A stretch of DNA of 64,000 nt from Ramazzottius varieornatus (lineage: Eukaryota > Animalia > Tardigrada): positions 3,355,267 to 3,419,266 of the forward strand of contig BDGG01000004.1 of assembly GCA_001949185.1 (NCBI GenBank), read 5' to 3'. The notes beneath the pieces are model-generated. The model was not told the origin of the DNA. It ran no database searches and saw nothing but the letters and a program-made list of their open reading frames with translations. The translations under genes were made by a program, and so were the position numbers. The first letter of the stretch is position 1; the number at the start of each line of letters is the position of its first letter. Shown piece by piece: positions 25,220 through 38,490 of the stretch.

Positions 25220-26690
25220 ATGACGGACAAAGCCCCTACTGGAGCCAAGAGTGGCACAGCAGCTTCCACCTCATCTACACAAGCACCTTCCGCAAGAAGC
25301 ACTCATGCACCACGGATATCTTCGGTACGACCAAGACAACTGACTCCAGCAGAAGCTGCGTTACTACCTCCGGAAAATGTGATGGAAGCTGGAGGCAACT
25401 TTTACGAACATCCGAATACCACTGCGAAGCGCAGACGACTTGGTGAGCCAAGCTCCGCGGACAAGAACGTCCCCTGCATAAGTCCTGCCACTCCGAGGCC
25501 GAAACTACCCGACCTTACGAAAGAGACGATGCCTCCCGCGCTTCTGGGAATTGGATTGGTCTTTGATGAAGACGCACCCATCAAACAGGAACCTGACTTG
25601 CCAGTCCCTACTCCTGTTTCACCGCAGTATCCTTCTAGGTCTGAAACAGTCATGCAGGACCAGAGTAACGTTCCACCGGAAGTTCGGATAAAGCGTTAGA
25701 AACTTTCTGTTCTTTCGAAATGAATAAATTTAACACTTTTGCTATCTATTTGCAGAAGAGGAGACCGAAGCACAGCTACCGAACTCGGAAGTTCAAATCG
25801 ATGTTCCAGTCGAAATTCCGGCCGAGGTCCCACCAGTCCCAGCGCAGCCCGCTAGCATTCTTCCGTCGACCAGCAGCTCCGTCACAGATTCCGCTGCATC
25901 GAGCCTTAGGGCTCGTACTTCGCCATCTTCTTCTGCGCAAGCTCCACTTCCAGAAACTTCGACTGTACAGGTACCGGAAGTGATACTTCCGGCAGCAGAG
26001 CTTCCAAGCGCGGAAGCTCTAGGCTAAAAGGCTTCCGAACCCGAAGTTCCAAACTTGGAAGCGTCGAAAGATCCAGCTGACGAAGGACCACTGCCGGGTG
26101 CAGTCACGCCCGGTGCGGAAACTCCAAACGAAAGAGGTCCGACCGCGGAAACTCAAGACGTCGAAATGCCAGACGCAGATTCGGCGAAGATCGACACTGC
26201 GACTATAGTAAACTTCCCCGAGGAAACTGAGACAGTAGAGACCTTTCATTAGGTCGCTCTAGAAGCACCAGATTATGCTGACTGCGATCTTCAGGATATT
26301 CCAAAGTTTCAGGGAAGAGTCGAGAGAATCATCGGAATGCGCAGCGAACCTAACTCGTTGGAGCCACAGTATCTTGTTCAAATGTGAGTATACAGTAAGT
26401 CTGTTATACAATGAAGAAAGTTCTTGCCTTCTCGTGGCCACGTGGTGTGATACATGAACTTTCTTCACTGTATGTCTCGCTTGCTGTTTTGGTACTTACG
26501 TTGCCGAGTTGACAGAAGATTTTCTGGCGACAGGGTTGGTGCATCGAATCTCATCGTTGTACCACAGTGGTTCTTCAGTTGGACAGACGAGCACAAAAGT
26601 GCATGGCGCAGTTCGCTCTGGAGAATGCCAACCTGGAAAAAATTTCTTTGTCGGACTATGAGAAGGATAACAGAATGACTTTTATCCGCG
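25220..26690 (+). pseudogene. Orphan Pro/Glu/Ser-rich gene ending in a possible degenerate chromoshadow-like domain; in-frame stop at 26025 and possible frameshift near 26565 (pseudogene or unusual splicing)
   Basis: ORF 25220-25699. A second exon from ~25756 in a P/E/A-rich frame is interrupted by TAA 26025-26027 and then resumes. Exon 26295-26383 DIPKFQGRVERIIGMRSEPNSLEPQYLVQ splices to VGASNLIVVP at 26534. Confidence 0.4.
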
Positions 26691-28592
26691 GTAATGACTA
26701 CTAATGGTTTTTGACGAGAAATTCAGCGGATTCTAGGCTACGTCATCGGTCTTCGATTCTAAGACAGGATTTTTTGTTTGCAGGTACTTCCACGGTTAAC
26801 GCGAACAGTGGCGGTTAATTGTCGGGAAGTGTTTACGTGGTACGAATACGCACTTTGACTCGTCGTCTGTCTCCGTTCACCCACTAGTACACGTGGACCT
26901 GTTTTGTGGAAGACACAAGTGTTCGCTCCGGTTACGTGTCGCCTTGTCCGATAGATTAGTTCTTCTTGTTTGAGAGACCAAAGACCCTCCTTTGTCCGGT
27001 ACGACGACATATCAGGTGGGAAGGTATGACTTGTCGGCTGCTGCCGGACACGAACTCAAACTGCTTTTCTCCCATTTGCTTTTAGTCTATTCTCTCAGAC
27101 TTTTCACAAACTGGTGCACCGTAAACCAACTCTCAAGTTTGTTCCGAAACATCCAATTCACTGATGATTCTCGAGCTGCGAGGCCGGTTGAACAGAAGCG
27201 AACTTTTTTGTCAAAATCCCGACATTTTCGAAGAAAAAGTTTTCCGGACCGGCCTAATCCCTTCAAAACTGCTTTCCGGACTATAACCAGATGAGTGCAC
27301 TTTCGAAAACAGTACCGAGTTCTTTCAGAAAGCGTTCGCTGTCAAAATTTCCCTGCAGAAATCCAGGAAAAAGTTCAAAACTTAATTGGTGGTGTCTGAG
27401 AACAGAAAGTGTCTAACCCCAAATTCGCCTTGAGTGAAGGTCTACCGAAACTTTTCCAAAAGTCCTTTAGGCGGGAAAAATTAGATCTCGCTACTTCACT
27501 AAAATAGCGCATTACGCAGCTTATTTCAGCACCCGAAAAACACAAGTTCCCGTTTTTCAAATTTCAAGAATTTTAATGTCATGGCTCCTGGGTCTCGGTA
27601 CCGAGACCCGACTTTGTTCTGCAGAATGATATCGCTCGCACTCAAGTCGTTCGATCCGGTTCCGGAAGAACAAAGTTTGAAAGATGGGCGAAAATACTTT
27701 CTCATGGGAGCTGGAAGTTATAGTCTTGCTGTGAGAGAACAGGGAGTGTTTGTTGATGAGACATGCCGGAGAACCGAAGAACTAACCAAGCTTGCGAAAA
27801 AAAATTTGAAAAATGTTTTCTCGAAGACCGACAAATCATACTTCCCCACCTGATAGCTCTCTTACACAACTTTAATCGAAATAATCAATGGCTAGGTTTA
27901 CGTGTCAACCCCAGAGTTCGCCGAACTTCAGGCAGATGATAAAATTTTCTTATCGGATACTTTGAGTGGCATGTTGTTGCGAGGAAATATCCATTATTAT
28001 GCCCTCAAAATGGGTGAACAGTGCATAATGAGAAGCTCTGGGACGGACAAAGAGAACATCTGCAGACGTTCGCGACGAGTTTCGCTCCAAAATAGGCAAG
28101 AGCAGCTCACACGTGGCTCTTCATTGCCTGGGATGACATCAATTTGATGTTCAGGTGCAGCAAAGCTTGTCTTCTTGCGTGTTGTCATGAGTTTCGGGGA
28201 AAGTGGGAACTGGCGGAAAGGTTTTTCGGTTGACCCCTGTTATGACCGAAAACCTGTTGCGCTCGTACGCGTTTCTTATGCTTACGTCACGTGCCAACGT
28301 ACGAACGAACTCTTGTTCAGTCAGCTGATCACAGGCCGGAAAGCGCTGCCTGCACCTGATGGTCTTGTTGGTGTCTTTCCTTATTTCCACTCGTCACTCC
28401 GTTTCCGTTTCGCATCATCCTCCCTTCTTCTGCCGACACGTTTCCCGTATTAACTAGACACTACTTAAGTTAGGGAAGGACTGGATGTACAGGTTAGTTT
28501 ATCGACACTGTCTATGAATAAGGCCAATGATTTTGAGAAGTATACAGCACGTATCCTTTGTTCTCTAGTAAGACGTTCAAGTCCTCCCGATC

Positions 28593-30321
<1,729 letters not shown>

Positions 30322-31020
30322 GCTTTCCTCCAGTTGTTTTTTTCTACTTTCCTTTCTCAATGTACATTTTTCTAAGACTTAGTGTTAGCTAGTTCGACTT
30401 CATGACTTCGGTCCATTACCTTTAGTGTGATCAATTTTCACATTCAATTTAGCTTATGCACAGTTGTTCATATCGATGAAACCTTCGACAGCAACGATTC
30501 CTTGTAATATCCCGATCGAAAAATCTAGTAGTAAAATACGTAAGTTTCGAAGTCAGAGTTGCGCATAAGTATTTGGCACACCGTTATGTATAACAACACA
30601 AAATACTGTTAATGACCATCAAACTGAGCAATTCAAAATGAAAGTAGAACTTAAAAGGAGACCTCACAAACTAACAAAAACTAATCAAACAATTCGTTAA
30701 CTGAAGAACTGAGTTCGAAGGCAAGAACTAATCTCCGGGCAAGAAGGCACGAGTATGTAGGAGGGTAGTAGAGTATTGGCACATGAAAAGGCACGAGGAG
30801 AATATCAGTGAAAGAGTAACCTGCACCGGTTAACAAAGATCAGTGTTAGGAAATCCTAGCTTGTTCATGGCGAGTTACAGTAGATGGCTGCTATGAGTTT
30901 GGCACCAACCTGCATTAGCGCGAGCGAGAACCCCAACTTCCGGTCGTTATTGAGAAGGGTGAGTTAGATATTCAGCGGATGCCCAACACCCAGAATGCTC
31001 ATCCCACCAGATTAGTAAAT

Positions 31021-34000
31021 TTAGCCGGAAGGAGTGAGAGAGTTACCAAAGAGTTGCGTCGTTGGAGCAGAAGCCGTGGCTGTTACAGCGCTGCCAGAGG
31101 TTGCCGGTACAACGCGCGAGTACGGAGTCATAGTGCGCGAGGTCCCCAGATGCCGCTTGGTTTTAGTAACACCACCTGAAGCAAGTCAAGTTAGGTTAGC
31201 CATATCAAGGAATTTGCGACCAGAGGTTGTGGACCTGTCGACCTGTCGACCTGTGGTCCACTGATCCACAGTGGTTGAATTGTTAAAATCATTAGGAAAG
31301 AGTCCCCGGCCCGCACGCACCAGAAATTAGTTTACCGTAGTCAAAAAGCCCACACTTCCCATGTTGCTCCGTACCACCACCACCACCACCACAGAGTTCT
31401 AACCAAGCAGTGCAAGCAAGAAGCAAAAGCCATGCAAACTAAATTATATTAAAATTCAGAGGATGATTTGCCTATGCGTCTTGAATACTTCGTACTTCGT
31501 GTGGTTCCTTGATTGAAATGGCTAAAGGATTTTAGTGATGAAACTGAAAGCTCTTCATTGATCACAGCAGACGGTTCCTGCTCGAATTTTTTGGTACTGT
31601 ACGAACGTCGATAACAGTGTTTCACAAGTTTTCGCAATTTATTTTAGAAAACACCGTATGTGAAGGGAGGTAGTAAACCAGCTCGAAGGAATGTAGAATT
31701 TCCGACACGGAATGAGATGACTAAAAACAGAGCTAGCATATAGGCATACGAGACATGCAAGCACAGTGCGGCAGTTCCAAAAGACTACAATACACAAGGC
31801 ACAAAATAAACGACAAAAGACCAAAAAGGTCATAGTGAGAAGAGGATGGAGCGCATGCACTGAGTATACGAGTACAAACCACAATCATGACACAAGGCAA
31901 AAAATGAGACAAGCGCAAAAGGCACAAGAACCAAAAAAGAGGGAATTTTCTCGCGCATTATGATCAAAGAAAACAAGGCGATTATTTCAATAAAAAATAG
32001 TGTGCGCCTGTCGTTTCGTGGTCACTTCTCATCATAATGAAAAAGCTATAGTCTTTCACACAATTTAAGCAGACTAGAACAAAGAGAGGAGTGGCGGTAC
32101 ACGCCTTGGTGAGTTTTGTACTGGCTTGGGCTCCTTCGGAAGGACCCAGTATGCATGTTTACCCAAGAAGTTAACCCTTACAAAGACCCACACAACCAAC
32201 AGGACTAACGATGCAGATTGTGGAACCCACCGGCATTGTGGGCTTCTTGCAGCAGCCCGTACTCGTTGAGGATGGAGACGGCCAAGGCGGGGTTGTACTG
32301 CGCGTAACCGGAAGGATCGTACTGGTGGAAGAGTAGACCAGCTGCCGCAGCGGCGGCTGTCGCGTCGGAAAGGCTAAACTGGGTGTTCTGAAGAGACATC
32401 GGCTGATGCTGATGTTGACGGGGAGAATGGTTGAGGATCAGCGAGTTGCCGGCCAGCGACTGACGCTGCATGTTGTTGGTCAGGACAGCTGGCATGAAGG
32501 ACTGAGCATTCATGTAGTACTCTGTAACGAGACCCACAGGAACGATCAGGACTGTTCGAAAGCAACAAGTGAATGAGGTAGAGTTCCATCAGGAATTTGA
32601 AAGGGGAGATGGATACACTTACGTGAATTTCCGCCTGTCGTCAACATTTGCTGAGGCTTCGGGCTGCTGTCGCGGTATGTTCCGTTCAGGATGGCAAGTT
32701 CCATCAACTGGCGCTTCTTCAGCTCGTCCTCGGCTTCCGACTACACAATCAATGAACCACAAAGTCAGACGGCATTTCATCGTACCAAAACTTTTTGTTG
32801 AACAAGGAACTTACACAGGGTTTGAGCAGCTTGTTGATCTCGTCCACAGCTCGGTCCAGCTTGGCGCGAGCTCGTGCTGGGGTGTCGTGGACATTGATGA
32901 GAACATGCAGCTCGTCGTTGAGATGTTCCCAGTTGGGCTTTCCCTTGTTGGCCATTTCCTGCAGAATAAAAATGATGATTATTGGAGCATTTCTAATTTG
33001 GAACACGCTTATTCAATTAGAATGGCAAAACAAAGCGGTGTTGTGTCGGATGTTAATAGGTAGTCAGCTGTCATCATTAAAGATGGCGGCGTGACAAGTG
33101 CCATCAAGTGGCACCAGTGGCAGAAACTCACCAAGCCCAACCATTTGATCCTTAGCTACTGTCAGTTTGTACCTTATTCTTGTCACGCATCGATCCTTTG
33201 CCGCGAATCATAATCTTGCAGCCCGTTTGCTTCTCCAGTTCCTTGGCTGTCAGCCCACGCGGTCCAAGAATGCGTCCCACAAAGTTGAACTGCAAAAACA
33301 GAAGAAGACGAGCACACCATTAGTTAACAGTCGGAAGTTAATGAAAAACGAGGCAACAGTCGAGCAACTGACAGAGCTTTTCAAAACAGATCATCATGGC
33401 GTTTCAATAAACGCTCTGCTTATCTCTCCCGCCTCCTCGTTTCTCAAACTTATTAACAGCCGACGCAAAATGGCAACATTTTGGTGCTCAAGAGAAGTCT
33501 CGAGGCAGACGTCACCAATCTGTCACTGTGTATCGCTGGCTGCAAAAAACGTCTCTTGGCCTAACTGTAACTTTGACACGGCGGTGAAAGATCAAAGACT
33601 TCTCAAATAGCCTCCGCCACTTTTCTCCTCCAGCGGACTGAGCAAGAAAAATGAGCAGCATACTCGAAACTTTATGCTGGCTTTACGTAAAGCCCTTCCT
33701 AGCTTCCCTCCCTTCATTAACTGCATCTGCAATCCATCACTAATGAAAGCAACAAACTAGGCGGGATGTTCTCAATAAATATCAACTACTGTCGTGCTCT
33801 ACTATCGCCGCTCTTCGCTCATCAGTTCATCAGCTGTCAGAAAAACTCTGGCAAAAGGACAGTTCTTCGCACACCAAGACCCTCATTGCATGTGCAAACA
33901 CCCCACAAATCTGTCCACTACACCACATTCTTCTCGCCAAATTTCATCCTCAACTTTCAAATCTTCAGACCCATTCCTCCACTATGCCATAATCTGTCCA

Positions 34001-35242
34001 CCAAAAACTCATATCGACTTTGCCTAAAAGACAAACTTCTACCAAGCGTGACTATTCGAAAAACGCGCACTTCCTGGTTCCCCTTCTTGCGTTAGGGAAT
34101 TCATCTTGATGTGTCTTTCAGATATGTAAAGGCAGGATTTTGCGGAAAACTTGTCCGTTCTTTGCGTTTTCCCACAAAGATGTAGAAATGGAGAAAAGCA
34201 TAGTGACTTACGTCGGGGTATTCTTTGACAGGAACGTAGACTTTGTCCGTCAGGTCGACAGCGACGGCTCCCTGTTCTTCCGGCAGGATAAGAGGCTCTT
34301 TGCCACCGTTGAGTTGGAACAAGTTGATACGCACTTTGCTGATTTCTGCAATGGATACACCAAGAGTCAATATTTAAACAGGTCCAATAATCAAACATTA
34401 GTGGCCACCATCAACCACTTATCCAATCACCATCGTGTGCCTCCCCAAGATGACACGAAAATCCATCTTTTGAGAAACACACGACCTTTTCCCAACCACA
34501 AAGTCAAAACGCTTCTTCTCAGAAGACTTTAGAGTCTATTAATCATCAATGAAGAGAACACCCGCTGTATAATTTGAAGAAAGAAGAGCGCGGTTTGAAT
34601 TATTCGCCACTAATCGGTCACGCTCAGCTGGTCACTTTTTTCTCGCAGCACCAAACGAGATTGCCAAATTCGGTCATCCGTTTCACACAACTTCCAGCAC
34701 ACGTGGCGGTGTGAACACTGAGTTGAGCGAAACACCTATCCTTGGTCACTTCACTACCCATTCGTGAAGGAGGAAAGGCATGGATAGAACCATGCGATCA
34801 ATATTACGTAACGGCAGTTTCCTTCCTTACCCTCATCCAGCAAGCGTTCACCGTGGATCAGCATACCCGGAACTGCCGACAGCGTCTTCTTTTCCTTGAT
34901 CAGTTGACTAAGGTACTCGGCCAGGCCAGTGTCCTTACTTCCGGGTGAAGAGCTGATGAAAGAAGAGACGCCACTGCTGTTGGCGCTGCTGATCCCTGAA
35001 GCGCTGGACACGGAAGCGGAAGAATTCAACGTATCGTTGGAGGTGTGGTGAAAGGGAGAACTCTTTGGACTGAGCGAAGGCGAGCTGGACGTGCTGTGAC
35101 GGCCTCCTCCGTTGTAGGACTTGGCGCTGGAGTAGTCGTAGGCTCCGCTGGCGCTGGAGTTGCTGGCTGCCGAGAAGGAACGAGGATCCGCAGGCGAAGC
35201 ACATCCTGTCGACATTGTGCGAGGCTCAGCACTGGCTGCCAT
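31021..35242 (-). CDS. QKI: Quaking / held-out-wings STAR-family KH RNA-binding protein; long isoform ends 31021, short isoform ends 32205
   Basis: QUA1 [30 protein letters not shown]|[26 protein letters not shown]|[56 protein letters not shown]2 [21 protein letters not shown]; Ser-rich N-terminal extension. Confidence 0.95.
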
Positions 35243-36853
35243 TCTTCTGCAAAGAGACACACAGGGCATACGTCAGGAAATATCGTTCATCACTGGAAAC
35301 AATTTTAGGAAGAGAACAGAGAATCTACAGTTTAGAATCAGAATATTGAATAAGAAAAAGGGAGGTCAAGGAGAAGTAAACATACCAGATCAAGATGTCG
35401 TCCGGAAGCAGTTCAGTCTGGCCACCGAGAAGAAGAGCTGAAGGACGTATCCCTTGCGAGCGTTAGATCATGAGAAGTGAATAAGTGGGAAGCAAAGAGG
35501 GATTACAAAGAGGCGACATGAACAGGGGGAAGAAGAAGGAACAAGTGGACGGTTATTCAGTGTCCACCGCGTCGTGTGGAAAAGACCAAAAAGCAAGCAA
35601 ATGATTCAAGATGCAAATCCCCTTGAAAAATCAAAGCTGCACGCTTGATCTCATCGTCTTACCACGAGAGTTCTTCGACTTTCTCAAGTTAGATCTTTGA
35701 GATTGTGGGTGCATGTACGCCTTGCATGCTTCGCTAGTCTCAGCACAAGAAGTCGACTTGCTACCGCCTGCAGCGGAAAACACAGTTGCAAAATTATTGT
35801 ACCGGCTTCTTCCAAAGTCATTCATGAACGTTCTGCCTCTCGCTCATAATTTCATACTTGGATACCAAAATAACTCCACTGGTAAATCACTGTCTTCGAT
35901 TCTGCGGCCATTCTTCGAGACTGTGACTAATCACAGACGTACAGTGTAGTATGTAAACGACTGTGCGTCTTTACTGAACTGGTCACACTTGTTATCTTGT
36001 CAACCGATCAACATTCTCTCGCATCCTGTCGCTCTTAACGTCAGATTACGGCAAAGGCGCCGGAGATCATTTCTTCCTGCAATCAAAAAGACGGAGGACG
36101 CAACAACTGAAAATATGAGGGAAACTTTAGGCGTTACCTGATTACGCGAAGCACAAATCATCCAGGCGAAATAATCCGCCGTCCACGAATTCGCAGTTTG
36201 CAAGAGAAATTTCTTTTGCAGTTTCCCCGGGTTTTGAGGTCGCAATGGACGCTAAGGAAGACCGAAGGCCCGAAGACCCGAAGACCCTTTCTGATCGGAC
36301 CACCAGCTCTGCCTCGGCGTCCAGAATTCATGGAATCCTAAAGACTTGGAAAGAACAAAAACAAAGGCGACTGGAAGCGCCACTGCGAAGCCAAAAAGTC
36401 AAGACAACCACGTGTGCTTCCGACGAAACACTCGTGACCGCTGCGTGCACCTATAGGCAATGCGCAGTCAAATGTGCGGTACCTGAGGCCTGGTGTGCGA
36501 TTTAAGCTGTATGCATCCGCCTGCCGTGCCATGCACGCTAGAAATTCAAGTGGCGCAGTAAAGCGTGTTAGACACGTGTGAAGGTGCGCTGTTCGAGCTG
36601 AGTGTACGTGCAGATCTGGTGCAAATCCAAGGACAACACGCCCCCAGTGCGTCCTGACGAAAATTAAAATCCACAGTTCGCGATGTTAACGTTAACGTCA
36701 TATCACTTTAATTTGCGGGAAGATCTGTTGTGGATTCCCTTCCGAAGTAGTTTCATACCGTAAGTTCCGTTCTGGGTATATGGTAGAGGAAAACGGGAAT
36801 CCCTTGAGCGTCCCATATCGTCTTACGTCGTCGTGGAGTGAGACGGAGCCAAG

Positions 36854-37581
36854 ATGGCGCAAATGGTACTGACGGCGCTATCCCTTTCCCTCGGAGTCTT
36901 CTTCTGCTTCGTTGGCACATTGAAGCTTACCCAGGTCGTCAGTTATGAGATGCACAAGGACTTGGTGAGCAGAAGGACTCGCCGCTTTGCTCGGTGACAT
37001 ATGGGCAGTACTCAGTAGCAGTTCTGGAACGTATGAATATGGATGTCTTTTCTTTTGCAGAAAAAGAATTTTGCTGCACAAGCCAAAGTATTCCCACTGG
37101 CTTCCTCGCTTGGAGTCAAGGTTTCGCCAAAGCTTTACCGTGAAGCTGTCGGCTGGACCGAAGTGATTTGTGGACTCGCTCTGCTTTTTATGCCAGGTGG
37201 GTTCGGACTTCTCGCGTTGTTACTTGATCATCTTGATACGAAAATTAACACTGTTAATCAAGAATCAATCGATCTGATATGCGGTTCGGCGATAAAGATG
37301 GATTTCCATCGCAGCATCGCGCCATCGGACTTGTGTGACAGTGGCAGTAAAAAGAATTTACTTCCTTTGCAGGTCATATAAAACAGGTTGCAAACGTGGT
37401 ATTATTTCTGACAGTATCGTTGGCAATTTTCTCACACTGGAAAATTAATGACCGGCTGGACAGGATAGCTCCAGCCATTGTCTTCGCCCTGATGCTCGTT
37501 TGCAGATTCGTCATCAGCATCCAGCAGTCACGACGGAAAGCTCGAATTAATGATGGCGGCTCTGACCGGAAAGCCGAATGA
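36854..37581 (+). CDS. TMEM35A: TMEM35 / NACHO nicotinic receptor chaperone (DoxX-like membrane protein); 3 exons
   Basis: MAQMVLTALSLSLGVFFCFVGTLKLT..HKDL|KKNFAAQAKVFP..YREAVGWTEVICGLALLFMPG|..DRIAPAIVFALMLVCR; C-terminal RKAE ER-retrieval-like tail. Confidence 0.85.
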
Positions 37582-38490
37582 GATGGTGCAAGGCTCCGGG
37601 CGGTTCGCAGCCTTATCTGGACAAGATTCTCTTACCGTGATGCGTTAGTAGACCTCGTTCTCAAAAATCTCCAAAAACAACCAATCTGTTTGTCTTGTGT
37701 TGTTCTTCGTTTCCGCGGTTTTTACGCAAGTTCGTATTGTATTGGGATGCGTCTTCTTATTTACTGCTTGGGTGTCGATCTTGTTACTGCATTCATCATT
37801 TCGAAGTGCAAAATTGTCAACGTTAGGATGAAGAGACTCGCAGTTCTCTTTGGTTCTTGATCTAGGTTTCCATATTCCATACAATTCTAATCTAGTCTGC
37901 AAAACTGCTGTGCAGCTTTATGAGACAAGATGTCTTTCTCCAGCGATCAAAGACTAGCTCTTCATTAACTAGCTAAATTTTAGAGATGCCTCAGGGACGC
38001 AGTATTTACAATTGTCCAAGGCAGACCAAGGGTTCCTGTTAGAGCATACTGTACGACTTGACCGCAACAGTACAGTATAAGTGTGATGTTCACGCAGTAT
38101 AGAAATGTTAAATTACGTTACTACTGTATTAGCAATCCACCGTATAATGACATGTTGTATCGTCATGTCATTCAGTAATCCATTGATCACAAACAAACCC
38201 CACCTGGAATGAATGTTGATTTCCTTTGCTCATTCTGCTGTTTGCCATCTTTAACTTTCTTCGGGTTTCCCACATCGCTCGCATCCCGCAACAGTGATCG
38301 TGTCTAGATCACTTACTAACTGATCTGTTGGGTGTACTGGTCTCTGCTGGTCGAACCCGTCCGAGACATCTTGACTCCGTATTTGACTACTGTGTTTGTT
38401 TAGGGAACTGCTGCCTATGCTCGGGATGGCCGTGAAGGAATCACACGACTGATAAGATTATTAGACTTGAACACTCGCCCTACAATGCAC

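Noticed and set aside
31374-31392. (CCA)n tract in the QKI last intron
   Set aside because: Ordinary short microsatellite.
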